Shown: in pieces, positions 27,851 to 37,506 of the stretch
How positions within the stretch are numbered: position 1 is the stretch's first letter
Layout of the letters: each line of letters begins with the position of its first letter
Assembly (NCBI GenBank): GCA_900768705.1
Contig: CAAGEB010000007.1
Location: forward strand, 3,164-67,163
Length of the DNA: 64,000 nucleotides
Direction: 5' to 3'
Source of the DNA: Oscillospiraceae bacterium
GTDB lineage: Bacteria; Bacillota; Clostridia; Oscillospirales; Ruminococcaceae
The notes under the pieces: model-generated
Told to the model about the DNA's origin: nothing
What the model saw: the letters and a program-made list of their open reading frames with translations, nothing else
The model's database searches: none
Translations under genes and position numbers: made by a program

Positions 27851-30800
27851 GTGATAATTTTGAAGGCTGTAAATAAAAACACATTCCGTGAGATAATTAA
27901 AACCAAGAACAGGTTTCTTTCAATACTGCTGATTTGCGTGATAGGCGTAGGATTTTTCAGCGGAGTCCGTGCAACCTGCGGTGATATGAAGGTCAGTGCG
28001 AATGATTATTACGACGAGCATAATCTTTTTGACCTGAGAGTAGTATCTACCTTTGGTTTGACCGAGGACGATGTTGAAGCGATTAAGCAGATTGAAGGCG
28101 CAGATACTGTCGTGGCTTCAAAATATACGGATATGGCTGTTCATTACAGCGACAGAGAGTATATCACCAGAATATTTTCGGAATATGATGATAATCTGAA
28201 TAATATAGAAATAGTTGACGGCAGGGAAATACAGGAAGCGGGAGAGTGTTTAATTAATTACAGCTTTCTTCATGACGGAATGAAGGTGGGAGACACGGTT
28301 TATCTTGAGGATCTGAGTAAAGCCGATGAATTCCCACTTAAATACAAAGAGTATAAAATTGCGGGAATATACACAACTCCATTATACATTTCAAAATCCC
28401 AGCGGGGCAGTACAAAAATCGGAGACGGTGCAATCGACGCTTTGATGATTGTTCCGGAAGAGGACTTTACGCAGGATGTTTATACGGAAATTTACATAAA
28501 GTCCGAAGCTATGAAAGCAATGCAGTCCTATTCCGATGAGTATGAAAAAGCACGGGACAGCTTGACTGATAAATTGGAAGCTATTGGTATTGACCGAAGC
28601 AATATTCGCTATGACGAGGTTATCGGTAAGGCACAGAGAGAAATAGACGACGGCGAAGCAGATCTGGCTCAGGCAAAAATTGACGGTCAGAAAGAGCTGG
28701 ATGATGCTAAAAAAGAACTGGATGAAGGCAAACAGAAGATAGAGGACGGCGAAGCAGAGTTATCCGATGCAAAAGCTAAAATTCAAGACGGAAAGAAACA
28801 GCTTTCCGAAGCTGAAACTAAGCTGGCTGATGCAAAAAAAGAAATAGAAAGCGGAAAATCGGAGCTGGCAGAAAACAAGACTAAGCTGGATGACGCAAAG
28901 GCGGAGCTTGATTCCGCAAAAAAGCAGTTGGACGAAGGTCAGAAGCAGCTGGACGAGGGAAAAATAAAGCTTGATGATTCCAAAAAACTGCTTGATGAGG
29001 CTCAGGCTGAAATAGACGCCAAAACATCCGAATTGACGGCAGGAAGGGAACAGCTGGAGGCGGCGAAAGCACAGTATAATTCCGGAAAAGAGCAGTATGA
29101 CGCTGCAAAGCAGCAGCTAGACCTTTCCGAACAGCAGTTGCTGCAGGCAGAAGAATTATACGGAAAGGATAATCCCACACTTATTAAACAGCGGGAAGAA
29201 TTTGAAGCCGCGAAACAGCAGCTGGAGCAGACAAAGCTTCAGCTGGACGCTGCTCTTGAACAGATAACAGCAAACGAAGCAGTAATTTCTGCGGGCGAAC
29301 AGCAGCTTGCTGAGGCACAGAAGCAGGTTGATGAGGGTACGGAACAGTACAATAAAGGTCTTGCGGAATATAACGAAAAGGCAAAGCTTTATGAAAACAG
29401 CAAGACGCAATATGAGAAAGGCTATGCCGAATATTCCGACGGCTTGAAGCAGTACAATGAGGGTTTACAGAAGATTACAGATGGCGAAGCCGATTATAAC
29501 TCCGGAATTCAGGCTCTTGAAGAGAAAAGAACAGAGCTGGAACAGGGAGAAAAGGATTATAATCAGGGTCTGGAGGATCTGGAGGACGCAAAACAGAAAT
29601 ACAGTGACGGGCTGGTTGAATACAATGACGGCGTTGAGAAATATAACAAAGAAATAGCCGACGCAGAGAAAAAGCTGGCGGACGCCCGTGAAAAAATATC
29701 CGATGCGGGAAATGCAAAGTGGTATATCTTTTCCCGTGATGATAACCCCGGCTATACCGAGTATAAGATGAACGCAGAGCGTATTGACAAAATTTCTGCC
29801 ATATTCCCGGTTTTCTTCCTGCTGGTTGCAGGTCTGGTATGCCTTACAACTATGTCCAGAATGGTTGAGGAACAGCGGACGCAGATTGGAACGCTGAAAG
29901 CTCTGGGTTATGGAAGAAATGCCATAATGAAGCACTATATGAGCTATGCCGTTATAGCGGCGGCAGTGGGCGGAGTGCTTGGTGCGGCTTTTGGGTGCAT
30001 ACTTTTCCCGGGTGTTATTATGTACGCATATTCCATGATGTATAATATTCAGAAAATACACTTCCTGTATTCTCCGGATAATCTGATTATTTCGATTTTC
30101 TCAATGACTGCGGCAATCGCTCTGACTGTATATTTCAGCTGCCGCAAGGCTCTTCGGGAAACGCCCGCTTCTCTTATGAGACCCAAAGCACCAAAGGCGG
30201 GAAAGCGTATTTTCCTGGAAAAAATACCTTTTATCTGGAACAAATTCAGCTTTTTTTCCAAGGTTGCTTCAAGAAATCTTTTCCGCTATAAGAGAAGAAT
30301 GTTTATGACTATTGTGGGTATAGCGGGATGTACGGCACTTTCTCTGACAGGCTTTGGATTGCAGAATTCAATCAACGATATTGTTGACTTGCAGTATAAT
30401 AATATATATTTATACAGTGGGTTTATTGCTTATAACAGCGAGGCAAAGCTTTCCGAGGTTCAGAGCATTTACGACGACCTGCTTGAATACAATCCGGATA
30501 CGGAATATACTCAGGCGATGATAAAAAGGTACGACACAAGCCGCAATGAAAACAACTGTCAGGTTTATGTTACCTGCATAAAGGATACAGAAGTATTTGA
30601 GAAATTTGTGAATTTGCATAACCGTGTATCGGGCGAGGAATATTCCATTTCCGACGGTGCCGTTATTACCGAAAAAGCGGCAAAGCTGTTGGGTGCGGAT
30701 ATAGGTGACGAAATAACGCTGACCGTTAGCGACGGGGTTACAAAAGCAATAAAAATAAGCGGTATTACCGAACAGTATGTAAGTCACTATCTGTATATTT

Positions 30801-31390
30801 CCGAGGAATTATACAAAGAGTGTTTTGGAACAGCACCGGAATACAATATGATTTACTTCGATAACGGAATATCTCGTGATGATGATGTTCAGGCGGAGTT
30901 CTGCGAGAAAATGCTAAAAAATGACAATATTATATCCATAACTATGAATGCAACCTCCTTGGCGTCCATTCACGATACTCTGAAAATAATGGATCTGGTG
31001 GTTATTGTTCTGATTGTATCGGCGGGAGCATTGGCTTTTGTCGTATTGTATAATCTAATTAATGTAAATATTACAGAGCGTATCCGTGAAATTGCAACGC
31101 TAAAGGTATTGGGATTTTACGACAGAGAGGTTTCCAGCTATATTTTCCGTGAAAATATTGTGCTTTCCCTGATGGGAGCGGCAGTGGGTCTGGGATTGGG
31201 CTATGCGCTGTGTATGTTTGTTATCAATACCGCCGAAATTGACGAAATGATGTTCGGACGGAGTATTCACTTGTTGTCCTTTGTGCTTGCTTTTGCGGTT
31301 ACAATAGCGTTTTCGCTGATTGTAAATCTTATGATGACAAAGGTATTGAAGAGGGTTAGTATGGTTGAATCGCTGAAATCCGTTGAATAA
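27851..31390 (+). CDS. double FtsX-domain (MacB-like) ABC permease with a ~380-aa coiled-coil insert
   Basis: TM1, then a large extracytoplasmic domain and a coiled coil of LxxG-type heptads (about 28613-29756). Two FtsX 3-TM bundles follow (about aa 650-770 and 1050-1175). The start may be TTG 27860. Confidence 0.85.
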   Translation: MIILKAVNKNTFREIIKTKNRFLSILLICVIGVGFFSGVRATCGDMKVSANDYYDEHNLFDLRVVSTFGLTEDDVEAIKQIEGADTVVASKYTDMAVHYSDREYITRIFSEYDDNLNNIEIVDGREIQEAGECLINYSFLHDGMKVGDTVYLEDLSKADEFPLKYKEYKIAGIYTTPLYISKSQRGSTKIGDGAIDALMIVPEEDFTQDVYTEIYIKSEAMKAMQSYSDEYEKARDSLTDKLEAIGIDRSNIRYDEVIGKAQREIDDGEADLAQAKIDGQKELDDAKKELDEGKQKIEDGEAELSDAKAKIQDGKKQLSEAETKLADAKKEIESGKSELAENKTKLDDAKAELDSAKKQLDEGQKQLDEGKIKLDDSKKLLDEAQAEIDAKTSELTAGREQLEAAKAQYNSGKEQYDAAKQQLDLSEQQLLQAEELYGKDNPTLIKQREEFEAAKQQLEQTKLQLDAALEQITANEAVISAGEQQLAEAQKQVDEGTEQYNKGLAEYNEKAKLYENSKTQYEKGYAEYSDGLKQYNEGLQKITDGEADYNSGIQALEEKRTELEQGEKDYNQGLEDLEDAKQKYSDGLVEYNDGVEKYNKEIADAEKKLADAREKISDAGNAKWYIFSRDDNPGYTEYKMNAERIDKISAIFPVFFLLVAGLVCLTTMSRMVEEQRTQIGTLKALGYGRNAIMKHYMSYAVIAAAVGGVLGAAFGCILFPGVIMYAYSMMYNIQKIHFLYSPDNLIISIFSMTAAIALTVYFSCRKALRETPASLMRPKAPKAGKRIFLEKIPFIWNKFSFFSKVASRNLFRYKRRMFMTIVGIAGCTALSLTGFGLQNSINDIVDLQYNNIYLYSGFIAYNSEAKLSEVQSIYDDLLEYNPDTEYTQAMIKRYDTSRNENNCQVYVTCIKDTEVFEKFVNLHNRVSGEEYSISDGAVITEKAAKLLGADIGDEITLTVSDGVTKAIKISGITEQYVSHYLYISEELYKECFGTAPEYNMIYFDNGISRDDDVQAEFCEKMLKNDNIISITMNATSLASIHDTLKIMDLVVIVLIVSAGALAFVVLYNLINVNITERIREIATLKVLGFYDREVSSYIFRENIVLSLMGAAVGLGLGYALCMFVINTAEIDEMMFGRSIHLLSFVLAFAVTIAFSLIVNLMMTKVLKRVSMVESLKSVE

Positions 31391-31417
31391 ATCCGTAAGG
31401 CGGGAGGAGATGGGTAT

Positions 31418-32344
31418 ATGATTGAGGATATTTTAAAGTTTAATCTGAATGTGGATGAAGAGCTGACAATAAAGAGAAACAGGCTTTCGCCGCTTAATCC
31501 CGAAACCGATAAAAGAATAGCAATTGTCACGGGAATACACGGAGATGAGCTGGAAGGACAGTATATCTGCTACGAGCTGGTAAAAAGAATTACCGCAAAT
31601 ATGAACTGTTTGAAGGGAACTGTGGATATTTACCCAACTATAAATCCACTGGGAATGGAATCTGTGTCCCGTGCGGCACCCACAACCGGACTGGATATGA
31701 ACAGGGTTTTTACCGAGGGAGAATTAAGCTCTTTGTCGGAGCATATTGCACAGACCCTTGTAGAGGATATAAAGGGTGCGGAAATGTGCGTGGATATCCA
31801 TGCAAGCAATATATTTATCCGTGAAATTCCTCAGGTGAGAATAGCTCCGGAATACAGCGACCGTCTTATGCATTGGGCAAAAATGCTTAACACAGATCTG
31901 GTATGGGTACACGAATCCGGCGCAGTGGGCGGAGGCTCTCTTGCAAATGCGCTGATAAACGAGAATGTTCCCACTCTGGTGGTGGAAATGGGGGTTGGCG
32001 GAAGGATAAATACTCAATACTGCGAGCAGCTTCTCCATGGAATTTTCAATCTTATGGCAAATCTCGGAATATGGAGTCAGCCGGAGCATGGTATAACGCA
32101 TCCTATGGTTTCAACAGACGGTGCGGTTCATGTTTTACATGCAACGGACAGCGGAATATTCATTCCAAAGGCAGAGCATAATATGTGGCTGGAGGCAGGG
32201 AGAGTTATTGGCGAAATTGTAACTCCTATCACGGGTACGGTGGAGCAGGAAATAACCGCTCCGGTAAGCGGACTTATCTTCTCACTTCGTGAATATCCCA
32301 TTGTATATGAAGGAAGCGTTATCGCCAGAATATTGAGTATGTGA
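31418..32344 (+). CDS. succinylglutamate desuccinylase/aspartoacylase (AstE/AspA, M14-like) family zinc hydrolase
   Basis: IAIVTGIHGDELEGQ zinc motif and a downstream DIHAS His ligand. No signal peptide. Confidence 0.8.
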   Translation: MIEDILKFNLNVDEELTIKRNRLSPLNPETDKRIAIVTGIHGDELEGQYICYELVKRITANMNCLKGTVDIYPTINPLGMESVSRAAPTTGLDMNRVFTEGELSSLSEHIAQTLVEDIKGAEMCVDIHASNIFIREIPQVRIAPEYSDRLMHWAKMLNTDLVWVHESGAVGGGSLANALINENVPTLVVEMGVGGRINTQYCEQLLHGIFNLMANLGIWSQPEHGITHPMVSTDGAVHVLHATDSGIFIPKAEHNMWLEAGRVIGEIVTPITGTVEQEITAPVSGLIFSLREYPIVYEGSVIARILSM

Positions 32345-32361
32345 TTTTTAATGGCTTGTAA

Positions 32362-32416
32362 AGACCTATTACCTTACAGGCACGGATTAATCCACATTGC
32401 AGAGTATTGTTGAAAT
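32362..32416 (+). repeat. dispersed intergenic repeat, copy B
   Basis: AGACCTATTACCTTACAGGCACGGATTAATCCACATTGCAGAGTATTGTTGAAAT aligns to 8114-8168. Confidence 0.65.
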
Positions 32417-32444
32417 CCCCTGAATACCCGAATAAGGTTTTTTC

Positions 32445-32482
32445 AAAATACAAAAATCCGGGAAGAGCGGTTCTTCCCGGAT
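32445..32482 (-). terminator. intrinsic terminator of the GH27 operon
   Basis: ATCCGGGAAGA / TCTTCCCGGAT 11-bp stem, 5-nt loop, T-run on the minus strand. Confidence 0.75.
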
Positions 32483-32488
32483 TGTATA

Positions 32489-32692
32489 TTATCTGAATAA
32501 AGAACACTTCCCGCTTTTGCGGTAATAATCAATGCGGGCTTGAATTACATCTCTTGTGGTATGATAATATGCCGCAAGGCAGTCAATGCAGAAAAATTCT
32601 CTTGCATTTCTGGAAATCAGCTTTTGATTTATGGCAATATCGTCACTGCCCAGCGGAGCTCCGCATTGCTTGCAGGTTTTCCAGTTTTCCAT
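32489..32692 (-). CDS. small zinc-ribbon protein, function unknown
   Basis: 67 aa with CKQC..CIDC pairs. Its ATG shares one nucleotide with the GH27 stop (TGATG). Confidence 0.55.
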   Translation of the reverse strand: MENWKTCKQCGAPLGSDDIAINQKLISRNAREFFCIDCLAAYYHTTRDVIQARIDYYRKSGKCSLFR

Positions 32693-33900
32693 CAGAATTT
32701 AACAACCTTTGCTCTCAGCACCATGCAATCATGAGGCTTGATGATAGTGCAGAAACGCTCGGTGAAAAGACCAAGGTTTTTATGCTCCCAGCAATCGTAA
32801 AGCTCCAGACCTCTTCCCGAGGCATAGGGAATTCCCATATCCCAGAACTGGAGAGACATTTCACCGTTTCTGTCGCCGAAGTTGAAAATTCCGATACCGA
32901 AATCTCCGTTGGAAAGAGGCTTTACAAGTGCAAAAACATTTTCGGGATTATTGAATTGTCTTATACAGTATGGTCCGCGACATTCAATATCCTGATTTAT
33001 GGCAATTACATCCTTGTTTGTGAGGATATTGCGGGTAACTTCATTCATATTGCGGATATCGCAGCCTATCATAAGCGGACTGTTCATTACCGCCCAGAGA
33101 GAAAAATGAGTTCTGTATTCCGTGTCGGTGCAGCCGCCGATATGAGGAACTTCCACATTTTCGTCTTCACCGATAACATAAACTCCGTCCAGAGTGGAGT
33201 TTATCCAGTCGTTGTTGCTTCCTCCGTGCATTCCCACAACCAGCATATCCATATCGTTGTGGCAGTAGTTTCCGCCGAAGGGCTGCTTGTCAATCTGTGA
33301 CAGGGCGATTTTTTTGATCGATTCCCAGTTATCCTGAATATCGCCGGTGGAGCGGAAAAGCTGCGCTCCGCTTCCTCTTATCCAGCTGTAAACATCGTCG
33401 TTTCCCCAGTTGCAGGCGGAGAATACTATATCTCTTCCGCAGTTGCGAAGAGCGGCACTCATTCTTTTGTAGAGAACCTCTCCGGGAATGTGGTCGGGCT
33501 TGTAGCAATAGTCGTATTTCAGATAGTCAACGCCCCATTCCGCAAAGGTTTCTGCGTCCTGAAATTCATGCTCAAAGCTTCCCGGGTGTCCGCAGCAGGT
33601 ATGAGTTCCCGCACAGCAGTGTATTCCCAGCTTCAGACCCTTGCTGTGAACATAATCCGCAACGTCTTTTATTCCATTGGGAAATTTCTCATGGTCGGGT
33701 TGAAGTCTGCCGTTTGCGTCCCGCTTTTTTTCGCTCCATGTGTCGTCAATAACCACATACTCGTAGCCTGCTTCACGCAGTCCTTGTGTGTCAAAGGCGT
33801 CTGCCGAGGATTTTATCAGATCCTCGGTTACATTCCAAGTAAAGGTATTCCAAGAGTTCCAGCCCATAGGCGGGGTAATGCCCAGAAATTTATCGTTCAT
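32692..33900 (-). CDS. alpha-galactosidase, glycoside hydrolase family 27
   Basis: PPMGWNSWNTF, VIDDTW, YLKYDYC motifs. No signal peptide. Confidence 0.9.
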   Translation of the reverse strand: MNDKFLGITPPMGWNSWNTFTWNVTEDLIKSSADAFDTQGLREAGYEYVVIDDTWSEKKRDANGRLQPDHEKFPNGIKDVADYVHSKGLKLGIHCCAGTHTCCGHPGSFEHEFQDAETFAEWGVDYLKYDYCYKPDHIPGEVLYKRMSAALRNCGRDIVFSACNWGNDDVYSWIRGSGAQLFRSTGDIQDNWESIKKIALSQIDKQPFGGNYCHNDMDMLVVGMHGGSNNDWINSTLDGVYVIGEDENVEVPHIGGCTDTEYRTHFSLWAVMNSPLMIGCDIRNMNEVTRNILTNKDVIAINQDIECRGPYCIRQFNNPENVFALVKPLSNGDFGIGIFNFGDRNGEMSLQFWDMGIPYASGRGLELYDCWEHKNLGLFTERFCTIIKPHDCMVLRAKVVKF

Positions 33901-34027
33901 TTCTTCTTCTCCAATCTATATTCCCAAAAGGGATAACTTTCAACATCATTGTATCATATAGTTGAAAAAAATTCAAGGTCTATAAAAATATTTGTATAAA
34001 GCGCAACAAATTCCCTGCGGAATTTTG

Positions 34028-34056
34028 TTGACAAATACGGGATAATGACTTATAAT
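34028..34056 (+). promoter_or_regulatory. consensus sigma-A promoter
   Basis: TTGACA (34028-34033), 17 nt, TATAAT (34051-34056). Confidence 0.6.
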
Positions 34057-34080
34057 AATTATAATGAAGGAGGCGAAAAT

Positions 34081-34254
34081 ATGGCTGCAAACTGCGATGA
34101 ATGCGTGAACTATTTTTATGACGACGAATATGAATGCTATGTGTGTCTTGTAAATCTGGACGAAGACGAAATGTACAGATTTCTGAGGGGGAATACCAAT
34201 AACTGTCCGTATTACAGCCCCGATGATGAATATAAGCTTGCAAGGAAGCAATAG
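34081..34254 (+). CDS. small acidic Cys-rich protein (DUF6472-like)
   Basis: 57 aa, MAANCDECVNYFYDDEYECYVCLVNLDEDEMYRF. ATG 34081 follows GAAGGAGG. Confidence 0.5.
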   Translation: MAANCDECVNYFYDDEYECYVCLVNLDEDEMYRFLRGNTNNCPYYSPDDEYKLARKQ

Positions 34255-34585
34255 TACCCTATCAAGAACTTTCACCGATTGGAAAAAATTCAGGCGGAAA
34301 ATATTCATACTCTTGAACAAATATTCTCCAAAATACTCAAATCAAGCTCGAATTTTATGGATTTTTTGTGCATAATAACAAAGAATAACGGTTGATTTTG
34401 TTTTATTATACAGATATTTGTGTAGATACTTGCAATTTTATGAAATAAAGTGTATAATAAATATATAAATGGGTCTGAGTGTGCTCTTCTTTCAGACCCG
34501 AAAATCGTGTGTGAACAGGGCGGACTTCGGAGAAAGTATCGGGCTTTTATCCGTGGGACGACCCGGCAGAAAGGGGAATATAAAT

Positions 34586-36982
34586 ATGGTATCACCTATG
34601 TCAAAGGATGAGCTGGTAAAACGGCTCAGCACTATTCTGGAGTATGATTACAGAACCAGTGCCAAGGACGCAAATGTAACTCAGATTTATCGTGCGCTTT
34701 CCACTATCGTTGTGAATTATCTGAAAGAAAAGCGTCACGATTTTATGCACGACTGCAATTCCAAGGGAAGAAAACAGGTTTATTATCTTTCCATGGAATT
34801 CCTGATGGGACGCTCGCTGAAAACATCTCTGTATAATTTGGGTATGCAGGACGAGGCAGCTGCCGCTCTTAAAGAAATCGGCGTGGATATCAATATGGTT
34901 TACGAAGAGGAGCCTGACGCAGGTCTTGGAAACGGCGGTCTGGGCAGACTGGCTGCCTGCTATATGGACGGTCTTGCTACCTGCGATTATCCCGCTACCG
35001 GCTATTCTATCCGTTATGAATACGGTATTTTCAAGCAGAAAATCGTTGACGGCTGGCAGACAGAGCTTCCCGATAACTGGCTTCCCGGCGGAGGCGCATG
35101 GCTTGTTCCCGTTCCCGATCAGGCGGTTGAGGTTCGTTTCGACGGTCAGATAAACGAGACATGGGAGGAAGGCTATCACCGTATCAATTATGTCAACTAT
35201 AACAGCGTAAGTGCTGTACCCTATGATATGTATGTTTCCGGCTACGACAGCAAGGGCGTTTCCAAGCTGCGTCTGTGGAGTGCGGAATCCATGTCCTTCG
35301 ATATGAATTCCTTCAACAAGGGTGATTATGCAAACGCTCTCGGAGCAAACAATATCGCACATTCCATCTCTAAGGTACTGTACCCCAACGATAACCACGC
35401 AGAAGGCAAGGCTCTCCGTCTGCGTCAGCAGTACTTTATGTGTGCGGCTTCTATTGGCGATATCGTTATGCGCCACATGAAGGTTTACGGCACTCTGGAC
35501 AATCTGCACGAGAAGATTGCAATTCACATCAACGATACACACCCCACTCTTGCAATTCCCGAGCTTATGAGAATACTGCTTGACGAGTGCGGCTATGGTT
35601 GGGATCAGGCATGGCATATCGTTACAAATACTTTTGCCTATACAAACCACACCGTTATGGCGGAAGCACTTGAAAAGTGGGATCAGGGTCTTGTTGAGCA
35701 GATTCTTCCGAGAATTTACCAGCTTATCTGCGAGATTAACCGCCGCTACTGCGAGGAGCTGTGGAGCAGAACCAACGACGGTGACAAGGTTTCCAGAATG
35801 TCCATCGTCCGTGATGGAAAAATCCACATGGCAAGCCTGTGCGTTGCCGCTTCTCACAGCGTAAACGGTGTTTCCAAGCTGCACAGCCAGATTATCAAGG
35901 ACGATGTATTCCATCTCCAGTACCTTGATAATCCTCACCAGTTCAAGAATGTCACCAACGGTATTGCATATCGCCGTTGGCTGCTTCAAAGCAATCCCGG
36001 TCTGACCGATCTGCTCAGCGAATGCATTGGCGAGGGCTTTAAGAAGGACGCTTCCGAGCTGATTAAGTTCCAGGTATTTGCAAATGATTCCTCCGTTCTT
36101 GACCGCCTTGGCAAAATCAAGCGTCAGAATAAGGAGCATTTTGCGGAGTATGTCGAAAAGACTATCGGTACAAAGCTGAACCTTGACAGTATCTTTGATG
36201 TTCAGGTAAAGCGTCTGCATGAGTATAAGCGTCAGCAGCTCAATGCAATGAATATCATTGCCGATTATAACTACCTCAAGCAGAATCCCAATGCGGACTT
36301 TGTTCCCAAGACCTATATCTTCGCTTCAAAGGCTGCTCCCGGATATTATATTGCAAAGCAGATTATCAAGATGATCTGGTGCATCGGCGAGGAAATTAAG
36401 CACGATCCCGTTATCCGTGAAAAGCTCTCCGTTGTATTCCTCGAGGATTATCGTGTAACGCTGTCTGAAATACTTATGCCTGCCGCAGAAATTTCCGAGC
36501 AGATTTCCCTTGCGGGAACAGAGGCTTCCGGTACCGGTAATATGAAGCTTATGCTTAACGGTGCGCTGACAGTGGGTACATACGACGGTGCGAATGTGGA
36601 AATTCACGAGGCTGTGGGAACCGATAACATCTTTATATTCGGTATGAGAACCAACGAAGTTAACGAGCTTCGTATGAAGGGATATAATCCTCAGTCCTAT
36701 ATCGACCAGAATCCCGTTATTTCCAATGTTCTTCAGAGAATGTACAACGGAATCAACGGTGCTACCTTTGATGAGGTTGCCAACTCTATAAAGAACAAGG
36801 ATTTCTATATGGCTTTGGCAGATTTCGACAGCTACCGGGGAACACAGAACTACATCAGCCAGGTTTACAAGCACCCCGGCGACTGGAACAGAAAGTCGCT
36901 GATGAACATTGCCGGCGCAGGACGCTTCTCCGCAGACAGAGCTGTTCAGGATTACGCAAGAGACATCTGGAATTTGAAGTAA
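34586..36982 (+). CDS. glgP: glycogen/maltodextrin phosphorylase (GT35)
   Basis: GLGNGGLGRLAAC motif and the PLP-lysine region EASGTGNMKLMLNGALT. ATG 34586; the ORF-track start at 34469 lies in the leader. Confidence 0.95.
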   Translation: MVSPMSKDELVKRLSTILEYDYRTSAKDANVTQIYRALSTIVVNYLKEKRHDFMHDCNSKGRKQVYYLSMEFLMGRSLKTSLYNLGMQDEAAAALKEIGVDINMVYEEEPDAGLGNGGLGRLAACYMDGLATCDYPATGYSIRYEYGIFKQKIVDGWQTELPDNWLPGGGAWLVPVPDQAVEVRFDGQINETWEEGYHRINYVNYNSVSAVPYDMYVSGYDSKGVSKLRLWSAESMSFDMNSFNKGDYANALGANNIAHSISKVLYPNDNHAEGKALRLRQQYFMCAASIGDIVMRHMKVYGTLDNLHEKIAIHINDTHPTLAIPELMRILLDECGYGWDQAWHIVTNTFAYTNHTVMAEALEKWDQGLVEQILPRIYQLICEINRRYCEELWSRTNDGDKVSRMSIVRDGKIHMASLCVAASHSVNGVSKLHSQIIKDDVFHLQYLDNPHQFKNVTNGIAYRRWLLQSNPGLTDLLSECIGEGFKKDASELIKFQVFANDSSVLDRLGKIKRQNKEHFAEYVEKTIGTKLNLDSIFDVQVKRLHEYKRQQLNAMNIIADYNYLKQNPNADFVPKTYIFASKAAPGYYIAKQIIKMIWCIGEEIKHDPVIREKLSVVFLEDYRVTLSEILMPAAEISEQISLAGTEASGTGNMKLMLNGALTVGTYDGANVEIHEAVGTDNIFIFGMRTNEVNELRMKGYNPQSYIDQNPVISNVLQRMYNGINGATFDEVANSIKNKDFYMALADFDSYRGTQNYISQVYKHPGDWNRKSLMNIAGAGRFSADRAVQDYARDIWNLK

Positions 36983-37003
36983 TTTAATTGTACTGAATAA
37001 CAC

Positions 37004-37032
37004 TTTTCTCCCCCTTTTTTTGGGGGAGAAAA
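37004..37032. other. perfect hairpin after glgP (atypical terminator)
   Basis: TTTTCTCCCCC / GGGGGAGAAAA stem with a T7 loop and no downstream U-tract. Confidence 0.4.
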
Positions 37033-37051
37033 ATTGTAAATTGGAGGTTTT

Positions 37052-37504
37052 ATGAAATTAGCAGAGGCACTTAATTTAAGAGCGGATATTGCGAAGAGAA
37101 TAAGTCAGCTGAGTGTGCGGCTTCAAAATAATGCGCTCGTTCAGGAGGGAGAAGAGCCGGCTGAAAACCCCAATGAGCTTCTTGCGGAATTGAATGGTTT
37201 GATTGCGCAGCAGGAAGAGCTGATAGGCAGGATAAACCTTACCAATGCAAAAACCGTTTCCGAGAGCAAGACGCTGACGGAAATGATTGCTCATAAGGAC
37301 TGCTTGAGAACAAAAATCGATGTTATCAGAGAATTTCTGAATGCAGCCTCACAGACAGTCAGACGAGGACTCCGCACGGAAATTAAGATTTACAGCACGG
37401 TGCAGGTTTCGGTTTTAAGAAAGCAGGTTGACGGATTGGAAAAGGAATTCCGTGAGACCGATGTGAAAATTCAGGCTCTTAACTGGAATACGGAATTAAT
37501 CTGA
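37052..37504 (+). CDS. DIP1984-family helical protein, function unknown
   Basis: 150 aa with an MKLAEALNLRADIAKRISQL start and an all-helical profile, as I recall for this family. Confidence 0.55.
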   Translation: MKLAEALNLRADIAKRISQLSVRLQNNALVQEGEEPAENPNELLAELNGLIAQQEELIGRINLTNAKTVSESKTLTEMIAHKDCLRTKIDVIREFLNAASQTVRRGLRTEIKIYSTVQVSVLRKQVDGLEKEFRETDVKIQALNWNTELI

Positions 37505-37506
37505 TT

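Noticed and set aside
28613-29756. Periodic nucleotide repetition that could suggest a tandem-repeat array or CRISPR.
   Set aside because: It is in frame within the FtsX permease and encodes heptad coiled-coil repeats. There are no identical direct repeats with unique spacers.
34601-36220. A 539-aa ORF antisense to glgP. Similar long antisense ORFs occur in gyrB (14969-16072), rny (53436-54566), the FliK-like gene (45776-46792), the GH13 gene (37830-38693), the MATE gene (9-848) and others.
   Set aside because: These are shadow ORFs. Each lies fully inside a gene with unmistakable family motifs on the other strand. Their translations are low-complexity with no recognisable motifs or RBS. Their length is explained by the sense-strand codon bias avoiding TTA/CTA/TCA in that phase.
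37004-37032. A canonical intrinsic terminator after glgP.
   Set aside because: The 11-bp stem is perfect, but the T-run forms the loop and no U-tract follows on either strand. It is listed only as a hairpin.
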